A stretch of 59,479 nucleotides of DNA from Thermoanaerobaculaceae bacterium (GTDB lineage: Bacteria > Acidobacteriota > Thermoanaerobaculia > Thermoanaerobaculales > Thermoanaerobaculaceae). Under the pieces are notes generated by a model. That model was not told the DNA's origin and did not search any database. It saw only the letters and a list, made by a program, of their open reading frames with translations. The stretch is from contig JALOLB010000001.1 in the NCBI GenBank assembly GCA_025456225.1, positions 14,054 to 73,532 of the forward strand, read 5' to 3'. How positions within the stretch are numbered: position 1 is the stretch's first letter; each line of letters begins with the position of its first letter. The position numbers were made by a program, and so were the translations under genes. This document shows positions 21,947 through 30,786 of the stretch, one piece after another.

Positions 21947-22369
21947 CTACCGGGTCTTCCGGTAGGGCGTGAACTCGCCGAGGCCGCAGCCGCCGAGCTC
22001 CATGCCGCTGACCGGGTCGAACACGGTGATGATGTCGCCGCGGCAGAGCTGCGTCGCCGTGGTCCGCGTCCTGAACGCCCGTCCGGACCCCAGGTCGGGG
22101 CAGCCGGCCGGCGGCCGGTTCACGTAGACGACCTCGTCGGTGCGGCCGCTGAACAGGATCACGCCCCTGCCGAAGGACCTGGTGCCGCCCAGCTCGCTTT
22201 GGGCGACGCATCCCTGCGGGGGACCGGCGGTCCTGCCGCGCAGCGCCGCGGCGAGGTCCGCCTCGTCCCTGGCGGCCTGGGACTGCGCGCTCGCGCTGGC
22301 TTCGGGCTCGCCGGTGTGGGTGCAGCCGACCACGAGGATGGCGACGGAAAGCAGGATGATGGTCCTCAT
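21947..22369 (-). CDS. Lipoprotein of unknown function
   Basis: ATG at 22369 with GGAGGA upstream. Lipobox: MRTIILLSVAILVVGC. Confidence 0.65.
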   Translation of the reverse strand: MRTIILLSVAILVVGCTHTGEPEASASAQSQAARDEADLAAALRGRTAGPPQGCVAQSELGGTRSFGRGVILFSGRTDEVVYVNRPPAGCPDLGSGRAFRTRTTATQLCRGDIITVFDPVSGMELGGCGLGEFTPYRKTR

Positions 22370-22606
22370 CACGTCCTCCACTGGGTGCGCACGCTCCGGA
22401 AGAGGACCTGGCGTCCATGTGTGGCGGCAACCGCTCGCGTCATGGCGCTGTCGACGGGAGCTTGCTCTCCCACCTTCACCGATGATACCCCCGCCCGCGT
22501 CGTGGCGGCGACGGCAATGTCCAATACTGTCAAGGCTCTGCGGTGCCAGGGGTGTGACCTCGGTGCGGCGTGCGCGGATGCTAGACTTGCCGGCAGGGAG
22601 GACGGT

Positions 22607-23983
22607 ATGAGACGAGCGCTATCTCCAGTGTTGGCCGGGGCTCTCCTTGTGCTTGTGAGCCTCGCCTCGTGGGCCCAGCAGGCGCCCGACCGCGAGCTCG
22701 GGCTGCTGCTCGGCGCCGGGTTTCCTGACCGGGAGCTGACCGGCCTGCCCCAGACCGTGGAACGCGAGTCGTTGCTCCTGGGGCTGCGTGCGGCGACCAC
22801 CGTCTACAACGACCTCCGGCTCTTCGGAGACCTCACGGCCACCCGCTACAACGAGGGTGCCGACACATCGCACGATGTCGACGAGTACGCACTCCGGGTC
22901 GGTGCCGAGGTCCCGTTCGGAAAGCGGTTGCAGTTCTTCGTGGCTCCCAGCATGGGCTGGGCGCAGTTCAATCCTGCCCACGACTCCACCTTCAGCCGTG
23001 GGATCGCGTCGCTGGGGTTCGGCCAGCGGTTCGTCGTCGGCGGGTCCAATGCGCTCCACTGGGAGCTCCGGGCCGAGCATGCGTTCATCGGGAGTGGCTC
23101 GGGACCCCTGACCTTCACCAACCTGCAGCTCCTGCTGGGGTACTCGTTCGGGAAGCCAGCGCTGGACTCGGACAGCGATGGCGTGCCGAACAGGAAAGAC
23201 ATGTGCCCGGGGACTCCCGCCGGGGCGACCGTCAACGCCATCGGATGCCCGTCGGATGAGGATGATGACGGAGCCTGGAACGGCATCGACCGCTGCCCGG
23301 GCACTCCGCAGGGCGCCAGGATCGACACGGCAGGGTGCCCGAAGGACAGCGACGGCGACGGCGTGTGGGATGGCATCGACCGGTGCCCCGACACGCCGCG
23401 CGGAGCGACTGTCGGTGCGGACGGCTGCCCGAAGGACAGCGATGGTGACGGCGTCTGGGACGGCATCGACCGCTGTCCCGACACGTCGCGCGGCGTGGCA
23501 GTGGACGTCGTCGGGTGCCCGAAGGACAGCGACGGCGACGGGGTCTTGGACGGAACCGACCGGTGCCCCGACACGCCCCACGGTGCCAAGGTCGACACCT
23601 CCGGGTGCCCCGTGCAGGCCCCGGCGCTGTTCGAGCCAGACAAGAAGGTGCTGGTTCTCGACGGCGTGAGCTTCGAGTCCGACAGCGCGGTCCTCGTCGA
23701 GACCTCCCGATCCGTGCTCGATCGGGTGGCCGCCTCGCTCAAGGATTGGCCCGAGGTACGGGTCGAGGTGGCCGGCCACACCGACGCAACGAACACCTCG
23801 GCGCACAACCAGAAGCTCTCGGAGCAACGGGCGGAGGCGGTTCGCACCTATCTCGTCGACAGGGGGATCCCGCCTGCCCAGCTCACCGCCAGGGGGTATG
23901 GCGAGGGCAGCCCGATCGCCGACAACGCCACCCCTGCCGGGCGGAAGGTCAATCGGCGGGTCGAGCTCCGCAGGCTGGACTGA
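22607..23983 (+). CDS. OmpA-family outer-membrane protein with thrombospondin type-3 (TSP3) repeats
   Basis: Track ORF 21809..23983 trimmed to the ATG at 22607 (GGGAGGA upstream; signal peptide MRRALSPVLAGALLVLVSLASWA). N-terminal beta-barrel-like region, then about 5 GCPKDSDGDGVWDGIDRCPDTP units (tandem 90-bp DNA repeats at about 23167-23610), then an OmpA_C domain (VAGHTD...NQKLSEQRAEAV...NRRVEL). Confidence 0.9.
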   Translation: MRRALSPVLAGALLVLVSLASWAQQAPDRELGLLLGAGFPDRELTGLPQTVERESLLLGLRAATTVYNDLRLFGDLTATRYNEGADTSHDVDEYALRVGAEVPFGKRLQFFVAPSMGWAQFNPAHDSTFSRGIASLGFGQRFVVGGSNALHWELRAEHAFIGSGSGPLTFTNLQLLLGYSFGKPALDSDSDGVPNRKDMCPGTPAGATVNAIGCPSDEDDDGAWNGIDRCPGTPQGARIDTAGCPKDSDGDGVWDGIDRCPDTPRGATVGADGCPKDSDGDGVWDGIDRCPDTSRGVAVDVVGCPKDSDGDGVLDGTDRCPDTPHGAKVDTSGCPVQAPALFEPDKKVLVLDGVSFESDSAVLVETSRSVLDRVAASLKDWPEVRVEVAGHTDATNTSAHNQKLSEQRAEAVRTYLVDRGIPPAQLTARGYGEGSPIADNATPAGRKVNRRVELRRLD

Positions 23984-24113
23984 CGCCTCGATGCAAGGGT
24001 GGCCGGTGCCGGGCGAACCGGCCGGCCGCGACACGTTCCCGTCGACCGGCAGCCCGTGGTCGATGTCGTTGACGAGGATCTGGAGGGCGCGGTCCGGGGC
24101 CCGGAACCTCCGG

Positions 24114-24962
24114 TCACGGTGCGGGCGAGCTGCGGGGCTCCGTGACAGGCGGGCTGAAGATGAGCTCGGACGCCGGGATCTCGACGTTGACCTCGGGCGT
24201 GTAGGTGGTCGTCCGGGTCGAGCGGTACGTGTCGAAGGTCCGCGCCTCCTCGACCTTGCGGAGCAGGAACGTCCCCCGCTCGAGCCAGAGTGTGACAGCC
24301 TCGTCCTGGACCGTGAGGATCTGCGCGCCCATCGTCAGCGAGTACGGCGTCTGGCGGCTCTTCCCCTTGAGCCGGATGCAGGTCACGCCCCGGTCATCGG
24401 CGTCCTCCAGCCGCTCCGGGCGCAGCAGCCGAGCGCCCGCGCCGACCTCGTGGGGCAGCAGGAGGCCGGGCACCCGATCCGACGCTCCGCCCGACAACCC
24501 GCTGGCGGCACCGAGGGCCTCCTGCAGGGACGCCGCCTGACGCACTCCCGGCTTCGGGTCCCACCAGGTCAGGACGTCGCCGTCGCTCAGCCAGACCACG
24601 AGCCTGGACGACCGGCCACCCAGACCGCGGTCGGTGAGCTCGAAGCGGAGGCGGCCCGGCCGGACGAAGGCGGTGCGGAATGGCTGCTCGCCGCCGAAGC
24701 GGCCGCCATCGGTGAGCGAGACGGTCTTGACCACCCCACTGTCGCGGTAGCTCGAGCACCCCGCGTACGCCCTTTCCATCGCCAGCGCGATGGTTTCGGG
24801 CGTGAGCGCGGCCTCGTCGCCACCCGGCGTGGCCTGCTGGGCGGCCGCCACGCCGGCCAGCGCCAGACCGCCGAGAAGAGCACAGGCTGCGAGCCGTCCC
24901 CGCGCGCCCAGGCTGCTGGCGGGTGGGTGTGACGGGACGGCGGAGCGGGCCTTCTCTCTCAT
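24114..24962 (-). CDS. Secreted LolA-like / DUF2092-like protein (function unknown)
   Basis: Trimmed to the ATG at 24962. Signal-like LAACALLGGLALAGVAAA. The family assignment is tentative and rests only on size and a beta-rich pattern. Confidence 0.55.
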   Translation of the reverse strand: MREKARSAVPSHPPASSLGARGRLAACALLGGLALAGVAAAQQATPGGDEAALTPETIALAMERAYAGCSSYRDSGVVKTVSLTDGGRFGGEQPFRTAFVRPGRLRFELTDRGLGGRSSRLVVWLSDGDVLTWWDPKPGVRQAASLQEALGAASGLSGGASDRVPGLLLPHEVGAGARLLRPERLEDADDRGVTCIRLKGKSRQTPYSLTMGAQILTVQDEAVTLWLERGTFLLRKVEEARTFDTYRSTRTTTYTPEVNVEIPASELIFSPPVTEPRSSPAP

Positions 24963-25071
24963 CGGCCGATCATACGCCCACACACCGCCGTCCTGCGGAG
25001 GCTGCACGCGGATGACCAACCCCTGCCGTGGCGCGAGGTCTCGTGCTCAACACGTGTCGACGCAGCGAGGC

Positions 25072-26187
25072 CTACGCGGCGCGCGGCACCATGACCAGCA
25101 CGCTCACGCCGCGATAGGCGCCGCTGCTGACCTCGACCCGGCCGCCGATCTCGTCCAGGATGTGCTTGAACGCGGCCAGCTCGAGCCCGGTCCGGCGACC
25201 GAGGAGCGACGGCTCCTGGAACGGCTCGAACACCAGCGCCAGGCTGTCCGGCCGGATCGGGGCCCCCTCGTCCTCGACGCCAAACCAGGCCAGCTCGGCG
25301 CTGAGGGCGCCAGCCCGGATCACGAGCTTCCCGCCGTCGGGCATCGCGTTCACCGAGCTCGACACGAGACACGCCAGCGCCATCTCCACCTGGGTCCGGT
25401 CGGCGTACAGGTTCAGCTCGCCCTGGCCGGGCTCGAGGACCAGCTCGATCTCCGGCCGCAGGACCGGCGTGAGCAGCACGTCGGCGGTGGCGATCACCTC
25501 GTTGAGGTCGAACAGCTCCGGAATCGCCTCGTCATCGCCGTCGAGCACCCGGAGCTGCCTGAGCAGCAGGTCGCCGCGGCGGATCTGGTCACCGAGCTCG
25601 CGGGCGCCGACCGGATCCCCGTGCAGCGCGGCGATCTGGACCATGAGCTCGTCGGCGTAGCCGCGGAGGTTGTTGAGCAGGCCACCCACCTCGCCGGTGA
25701 ACCCCCTGACGAGGCCGGACGCGGAGGCCGGAGCCGCGGGCAGGCCCGGGCCGGCTGCGGGCTTGCCGGCCGGGCGCATGGCGCACAGCAGGGCCTGGAC
25801 ACCCTGGTACTCGATCGGGGTCGCCACGATCTCGAGGTCCAGGAGGCTGCCGTCGGCGCGGCGATGGTCGGCCGGGGTGACGACCCGCGTCCCGGCCGGG
25901 ACGCCGTACAGCGCCGGCTCGAGCCCGCGGTCCAGGTCGCCGGTGAGCTTGTAGTACGGGATGCCCACGATCGTTTCCCGGGTCATGCCGTAGAGCTCGC
26001 CCAGGGCGGCGTTGGCCTCCAGCACGGCCTCGGTGTCCGGGTCCACGACCAGCATGGCGACGGGGTTGATCTCGAAGATGTGGCGGAACAGGTGCTCGTC
26101 AGTCACGCCGTCCTCCTCGTCACGGAGCTCGCCGAGCGGTGGCCATCCGGCCGGTTGTGATTCCCTGACCGGGACGAGCGGAGCCAC
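25072..26187 (-). CDS. PAS-domain protein with degenerate histidine-kinase core (no phospho-acceptor His at the H-box position)
   Basis: PAS region (FRHIFEINPVAMLVVD...), then a DHp-like segment GFTGEVGGLLNNLRGYADEL where canonical kinases have ..H[DE]..N.L, then an HATPase_c-like C-terminus with weak G1/G2 boxes. The start is uncertain: GTG at 26187, or GTG at 26106, which follows GAGGAGGA. Confidence 0.7.
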   Translation of the reverse strand: MAPLVPVRESQPAGWPPLGELRDEEDGVTDEHLFRHIFEINPVAMLVVDPDTEAVLEANAALGELYGMTRETIVGIPYYKLTGDLDRGLEPALYGVPAGTRVVTPADHRRADGSLLDLEIVATPIEYQGVQALLCAMRPAGKPAAGPGLPAAPASASGLVRGFTGEVGGLLNNLRGYADELMVQIAALHGDPVGARELGDQIRRGDLLLRQLRVLDGDDEAIPELFDLNEVIATADVLLTPVLRPEIELVLEPGQGELNLYADRTQVEMALACLVSSSVNAMPDGGKLVIRAGALSAELAWFGVEDEGAPIRPDSLALVFEPFQEPSLLGRRTGLELAAFKHILDEIGGRVEVSSGAYRGVSVLVMVPRAA

Positions 26188-26714
26188 CCGGCTCGCCTGG
26201 CCGCAGCAGGACGCCGCAGGGCATGTGGGTCGGAAGCGACGAGCGCGCGAGCCCTGGCAGTGGGTCGGTGGGTCCAGGTCCCGGATCGACCCCGGGCTTC
26301 GAGCGTCGAGCTCGTCGAGTGGTGCGCATCAGTGGCTCCCGGCACGACATTCCATGCTAGCACCCGGACGATGGCGTGCACTGCCTCGGTGTGGCGCGTG
26401 GCGGGCACCACGCGGAACCCGTTGACCGGGATGGCGCACCACCTGGGCGGGGCGCGATCGCCCAGTCACGCAACCCTCCAGCTCTGTCGACACGGGCAAG
26501 CGCGGGAGCGAGTCGCAGGCGTGTCGAGCGTGCAGGCCCTGGTGCCGATCGGTGCCGGGGCATGAGAGACTACCGCGGTGTGGGCGGCCAGGTTTCGCGG
26601 CGCATGCCGGGAACCAGCGTGCCACGCGTGTCGGGAGCGGAGCAGCGATGGATGTCTGGTGCTCCAGGGTCGATGCGTCCCGTGCATGGCGCCACGGGAG
26701 AGAGGGCTGAGTCC

Positions 26715-27287
26715 ATGAGCTCACGGCTCGCGCTCGGCGGGGTTATCCTGGCGCACCTCGTCTCGATCGGCGTGCTTGCAGGTCTTGTCGCCTGCAGGGA
26801 CAACGTCCCGGGTGACGACCGCAGCGGTGCCGGGGGTGCACGATCCACGCCCACGGTTCCGCCGCCGACCGCCCCACGATTCGTCTCCAACGACGACGGG
26901 ACGGTGACGGACACGCACACCACCCTGACCTGGGCGGCACGGGACAACGGCCAGGACCTCAACTGGGAGAGCGCGAAGGCCTACAGCGAGAGCTTCAGCG
27001 CCGGCGGACACACCGACTGGCGCCTGCCCACGGTTGGTGAGCTGAGGAGTCTGTACGACCCGGCGGACTCGCGCATCGCCCGCTGCGACAGCGATCCGAA
27101 GAGCTGGAGAATCCACATCGCGCCGGCCATCGATCTGAGCTGCTACTGGGTGTGGTCATCGGAGACGCCGGACCCGACGTCGGCGGTGTACGTCCTCTTC
27201 GACAGCGGTCTCACCCACCAGGCCCTCCGGTCCTATCCCCTCGACGGGCGCGCCCTGCCGGTCCGGTCCGGCTCGGGGTCAAGCTGA
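26715..27287 (+). CDS. DUF1566 (Lcl C-terminal domain) lipoprotein
   Basis: Track ORF 26376..27287 trimmed to the ATG at 26715 (lipobox-like LAGLVAC). Motif: TVTDTHTTLTWAARDNGQDLNWESAKAY...GHTDWRLPTVGELRSLY. Confidence 0.8.
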   Translation: MSSRLALGGVILAHLVSIGVLAGLVACRDNVPGDDRSGAGGARSTPTVPPPTAPRFVSNDDGTVTDTHTTLTWAARDNGQDLNWESAKAYSESFSAGGHTDWRLPTVGELRSLYDPADSRIARCDSDPKSWRIHIAPAIDLSCYWVWSSETPDPTSAVYVLFDSGLTHQALRSYPLDGRALPVRSGSGSS

Positions 27288-27297
27288 GCTCCGGGTA

Positions 27298-27319
27298 CCA
27301 CGTCCACACTTGTCGACAT
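27298..27319 (+). repeat. Copy B of the 22-nt intergenic motif
   Basis: ccacgtccacacttgtcgacat, 11 nt after the DUF1566 stop and between convergent genes. Confidence 0.8.
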
Positions 27320-27390
27320 TGTTGCGGCGTGAGGTTGGATTCCAGAGGGCAGCACTTTCCCCCTACACATGGGAGACGGGATGGGAGTGC

Positions 27391-28623
27391 TCACGGGAGG
27401 GGCAGGTCGAAGGCCGCGGCCAGGCCGTCCGCGACGGCCAGCCCCAGCACGGTCGGCACGAGCCGCCGACCTTCCGGGCCGCTGCGCACACAGAGTCGGC
27501 CCTCCCGGACGAGGCTCGTGACGAGGGCGTCGTTCGCGGCCACGAGGTCGAGCCCGTAGCGCGCCGCGAAGCCGTCGAGGTCGACCCCGGCCGTGGTGCG
27601 CAGGCCCAGCATGAGCGTCTCGGTGGCCAGCGCCAGCGGGCCGAGGCGCTCCTCGCCCGCGACCGGCCGCTCGCCCGCCGCCACGCGGTGCTCCCACGGC
27701 CGGAGGCGCGGCTCGTTCCACCAGCGGTGGCCGGCCGCCACTGCACCGCTGTCATCCGCTCGACCGGGGTGTGCGGCCATGCCACCGACCGCGAACGAGT
27801 GCGCCGAGGGGCCGAGCCCGAGGTAGGGCGTGTGGTCCCAGTACTTGCGGTTGTGGCGCGACTCGTGGTCGGGGCCGCGCGCGAAGTTCGAGACCTCGTA
27901 GGCGGGCCAACCGGCGTCCGCGAGGAAGCGGTGCGTGAGGTCGAAGAGCTCGGCCTGGTCGCGGTCGGGGAGCTCGGCGATCAGGCCCCGTGCGGCGCGC
28001 ACCCCGAGCTGCGTGCGCGCGTGGATCGTGAGCTGGTAGCACGACAGGTGCCCGGGTGCCAGGGCCACGGCCGCCTGCAGGTCGCGAAGCCAGGCCTCGG
28101 AGGTCTGGTCGGGCAGGCCGAAGATGAGGTCGACCGAGACGGTGTCGAAGCCCGCGGCGTGGGCGACCTCCACGGCGACCCGCGCCTGCGCGGCGGTGTG
28201 GCGGCGGGCGAGGAAGCGGAGGGCTTCGCCTTCGAACGACTGCACCCCGAGGGAGAGGGTCCGCACCCCGAGGCGGCGCCACGCGGCGCAGGCGTCGGCC
28301 GTCACGTCCTCGGGATTGGCCTCCAGGAAGACCCAGGGTGCGGGGGACGCGAGTGCGAGGTGCGTGCGGCACGCGTCGAGCACCCGCGCCAGGTCCTCCG
28401 GCGGCAGGAGCGAGGGCGTGCCCCCGCCGAAGTACACGGTGTCGAAGGGCCTGGGGTCGGGCCACGCGCCGGCCGCGAGGGGCACCTCGGCGATCAGGCA
28501 GTCGACGAAGCGCCTCCGGATTGACTCGCCGGCACGCATGACCGCGAAGTCGCAGTACGGGCAGATGGCCGAGCAGAACGGGACGTGCAGGTAGAGCCCG
28601 GGCTGTCGCGAAGGCACGGTCAA
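27391..28623 (-). CDS. hemW: Radical-SAM heme chaperone HemW (HemN-like, oxygen-independent coproporphyrinogen oxidase family)
   Basis: This is the C-terminal part of track ORF 27391..30579. Radical-SAM cluster motif: LYLHVPFCSAICPYCDF. It lies downstream of lepA on the same strand, which is a conserved pairing. There is no in-frame ATG; the first plausible starts are TTG at 28623 (GGAG 8 nt upstream) or GTG at 28617. Confidence 0.85.
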   Translation of the reverse strand: MTVPSRQPGLYLHVPFCSAICPYCDFAVMRAGESIRRRFVDCLIAEVPLAAGAWPDPRPFDTVYFGGGTPSLLPPEDLARVLDACRTHLALASPAPWVFLEANPEDVTADACAAWRRLGVRTLSLGVQSFEGEALRFLARRHTAAQARVAVEVAHAAGFDTVSVDLIFGLPDQTSEAWLRDLQAAVALAPGHLSCYQLTIHARTQLGVRAARGLIAELPDRDQAELFDLTHRFLADAGWPAYEVSNFARGPDHESRHNRKYWDHTPYLGLGPSAHSFAVGGMAAHPGRADDSGAVAAGHRWWNEPRLRPWEHRVAAGERPVAGEERLGPLALATETLMLGLRTTAGVDLDGFAARYGLDLVAANDALVTSLVREGRLCVRSGPEGRRLVPTVLGLAVADGLAAAFDLPLP

Positions 28624-28790
28624 CCCCGGCGCTCCGGACCAGGCGTAGAGGCGGCACTCGTGGCCGCCTGTCTCTTCGGAAATCGCATCGGCTGACGGTG
28701 CACGGCGCGCGGGGCGGGGACAAGCCCCGCCTCCACCTGGAGGATCGCCAGGATCAACTCGTGATCGGCAGCCCGCGCCACCCGGGACTC

Positions 28791-30599
28791 CTACCCCTCG
28801 TCCTCGTCGTCCTCGGTGCGGAGCACCGCCACGAACGCGGCCTGCGGGATCTCCACCGCCCCCACCATCTTCATCTTCTTCTTGCCTTCCTTCTGCTTCT
28901 CGAGCAGCTTGCGCTTGCGGGTGATGTCGCCCCCGTAGCACTTCGCCGTCACGTCCTTGCGGAAGGGGTTGATGGTGGTGCGGGCGATGATCTGGCCGCC
29001 GATCGCGCCCTGGATGGCGATCTTGAACTGCTGGCGGGGGATCGTCCTGGCCAGGCGCTCGCAGTACTTGAGGGCGCGCGGCCGCGCCGACTCGCGGTGG
29101 ACGAGCTGCGACAGGGCGTCGACCTTCTCCCCGTTGACGAGGATGTCCACCTTCACCGCGTCGGCCTGGCGGTAGTCCAGCAGCTCGTAGTCGAACGAGC
29201 CGTACCCCTGGGTGAGCGACTTCAGCCGGTCGTAGAAGTCGAAGAGCACCTCGGCCAGCGGCAGCTCGCTCAGCACCTCCATGCGACCCGCGGCCAGGTA
29301 GTTGAACCTCGTGTCCACCCCGCGCCGCTCCCGGCACAGCTCCATCACGGTCCCGAGGTAGCGCTCGGGGGTCATGATCGTCGCCTTGATGTAGGGCTCG
29401 AAGACCTCCTTGATCGAGGTCGGGTCCGGGTAGAAGGTCGGGTTGTCCACCCAGATCTCGGAGCTGTCGTTGAGCACGACCCGGTAGCGGACCGACGGCG
29501 CGGACAAGATGAGCGAGAGGCTGTGCTCCCGCTCGAGCCGCTCCTGGATGACGTCGAGGTGCAGCAGCCCCAGGAAGCCGCAGCGGAAGCCGAAGCCGAG
29601 CGCCGCCGAGCTGTCCTTCTCGTAGGTCAGGGATGTGTCGTTGAGCTTCAGCTTCTCGAGCGCCTTCGTGAGGTCCCCGTAGTCGTTCGTCTCCATCGGG
29701 TAGATCGAGGAGAAGACCACCGGCTTCGCCTCGCGGTAGCCGGGCACCGGCTCCGCCGCGGGGCGCTCGGCCTCGGTGAGGGTGTCGCCGATCGCCAGGC
29801 CCGAGAGGCTCTTGATCCCGGCGAGCACGTAGCCCACCTCCCCCGCCGACAGCTCCCCGGTCGGCACCCGCTTGAGGCGCTGGCAGCCGACCTCCTCGAC
29901 CTTGTGCTCTTCGCCCGAGTGCATGAGGCGGATGCGGGTCGGCGCGCGCAGGGTGCCGTCGAAGAGGCGCACCAGCAGGACGGCGCCGCGGTAGGCGTCG
30001 TACTGGGCGTCGAAGAGGAGTGCGCGCAGCGGCGCCTCGGGGTCGCCCGTGGGCGGTGGCAGCTTGTGGACGATCGCCTCCAGCAGGTCGTCGATGCCGG
30101 TGCCCAGCTTGGCCGAGACCTGGACCGCCTCGAACGGGTCGAGGGCGAGGTCGCGGTCGATCTCCTCCATCACCCGGTCGATGTCCGCCGACGGGAGGTC
30201 GATCTTGTTGATCACGGGCACGATCTCGAGGCCGAGCTCCATGGCCAGGTAGAGGTTGGCGACGGTCTGCGCCTCCACCCCCTGGGAGGCGTCGATGACC
30301 AACAGGGCGCCCTCGCAGCTCATCAGCGAGCGGCGGACCTCGTGAGAGAAGTCGACGTGCCCGGGGGTGTCGATCAGGTTCAGCTCGTACGTCTGCCCGT
30401 CCTTCGCGGTGTAGGGCAGGGTGACGCTGTTGGCCTTGATGGTGATCCCGCGCTCGCGCTCGAGGTCCATCGAGTCGAGGATCTGGTCGCGGAAGTCCCT
30501 GGCCTCCACCGCCCCGCAGCGCTGGATGAGGCGGTCGGCGAGGGTCGACTTGCCGTGGTCGATGTGCGCGATGATGCAAAAGTTGCGGATGTTGTCCAT
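28791..30599 (-). CDS. lepA: Translation elongation factor 4 (LepA)
   Basis: 602 aa. Motifs: NFCIIAHIDHGKSTLADR, DTPGHVDF, NKIDL and the LepA-specific C-terminal domain. Confidence 0.98.
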   Translation of the reverse strand: MDNIRNFCIIAHIDHGKSTLADRLIQRCGAVEARDFRDQILDSMDLERERGITIKANSVTLPYTAKDGQTYELNLIDTPGHVDFSHEVRRSLMSCEGALLVIDASQGVEAQTVANLYLAMELGLEIVPVINKIDLPSADIDRVMEEIDRDLALDPFEAVQVSAKLGTGIDDLLEAIVHKLPPPTGDPEAPLRALLFDAQYDAYRGAVLLVRLFDGTLRAPTRIRLMHSGEEHKVEEVGCQRLKRVPTGELSAGEVGYVLAGIKSLSGLAIGDTLTEAERPAAEPVPGYREAKPVVFSSIYPMETNDYGDLTKALEKLKLNDTSLTYEKDSSAALGFGFRCGFLGLLHLDVIQERLEREHSLSLILSAPSVRYRVVLNDSSEIWVDNPTFYPDPTSIKEVFEPYIKATIMTPERYLGTVMELCRERRGVDTRFNYLAAGRMEVLSELPLAEVLFDFYDRLKSLTQGYGSFDYELLDYRQADAVKVDILVNGEKVDALSQLVHRESARPRALKYCERLARTIPRQQFKIAIQGAIGGQIIARTTINPFRKDVTAKCYGGDITRKRKLLEKQKEGKKKMKMVGAVEIPQAAFVAVLRTEDDEDEG

Positions 30600-30672
30600 G
30601 GTCCTCTCGAGCCCCGTGCAGCGCGGGTCTGGGCGTCCCAGTCTAGCCCACGCCGCCCGTCACCCGAAGGGC

Positions 30673-30705
30673 GCGGACCTTCCCATTTCTCCGACAGGCT
30701 CCTAG
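30673..30705 (+). repeat. Copy 2 of the 33-nt motif
   Basis: gcggaccttcccatttctccgacaggctcctag, in the divergent region between lepA and the L,D-transpeptidase gene. It matches copy 1 at 30 of 33 positions. Confidence 0.8.
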
Positions 30706-30786
30706 CCGGCGGCGCGAGCTAGCCTGTATGGTGTGCGGGGCGTCGGCGCAGACCATGCGAGGCCGGCGGCCGGACTGGAGCCACCG

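Noticed and set aside
28624-30579. N-terminal 650 aa of track ORF 27391..30579 (1062 aa)
   Set aside because: This part overlaps lepA out of frame and is Arg/Gly/Pro-rich. Only the C-terminal 410 aa, with the radical-SAM CxxxCxxC motif, look real. I therefore trimmed the gene to hemW starting at about 28623.
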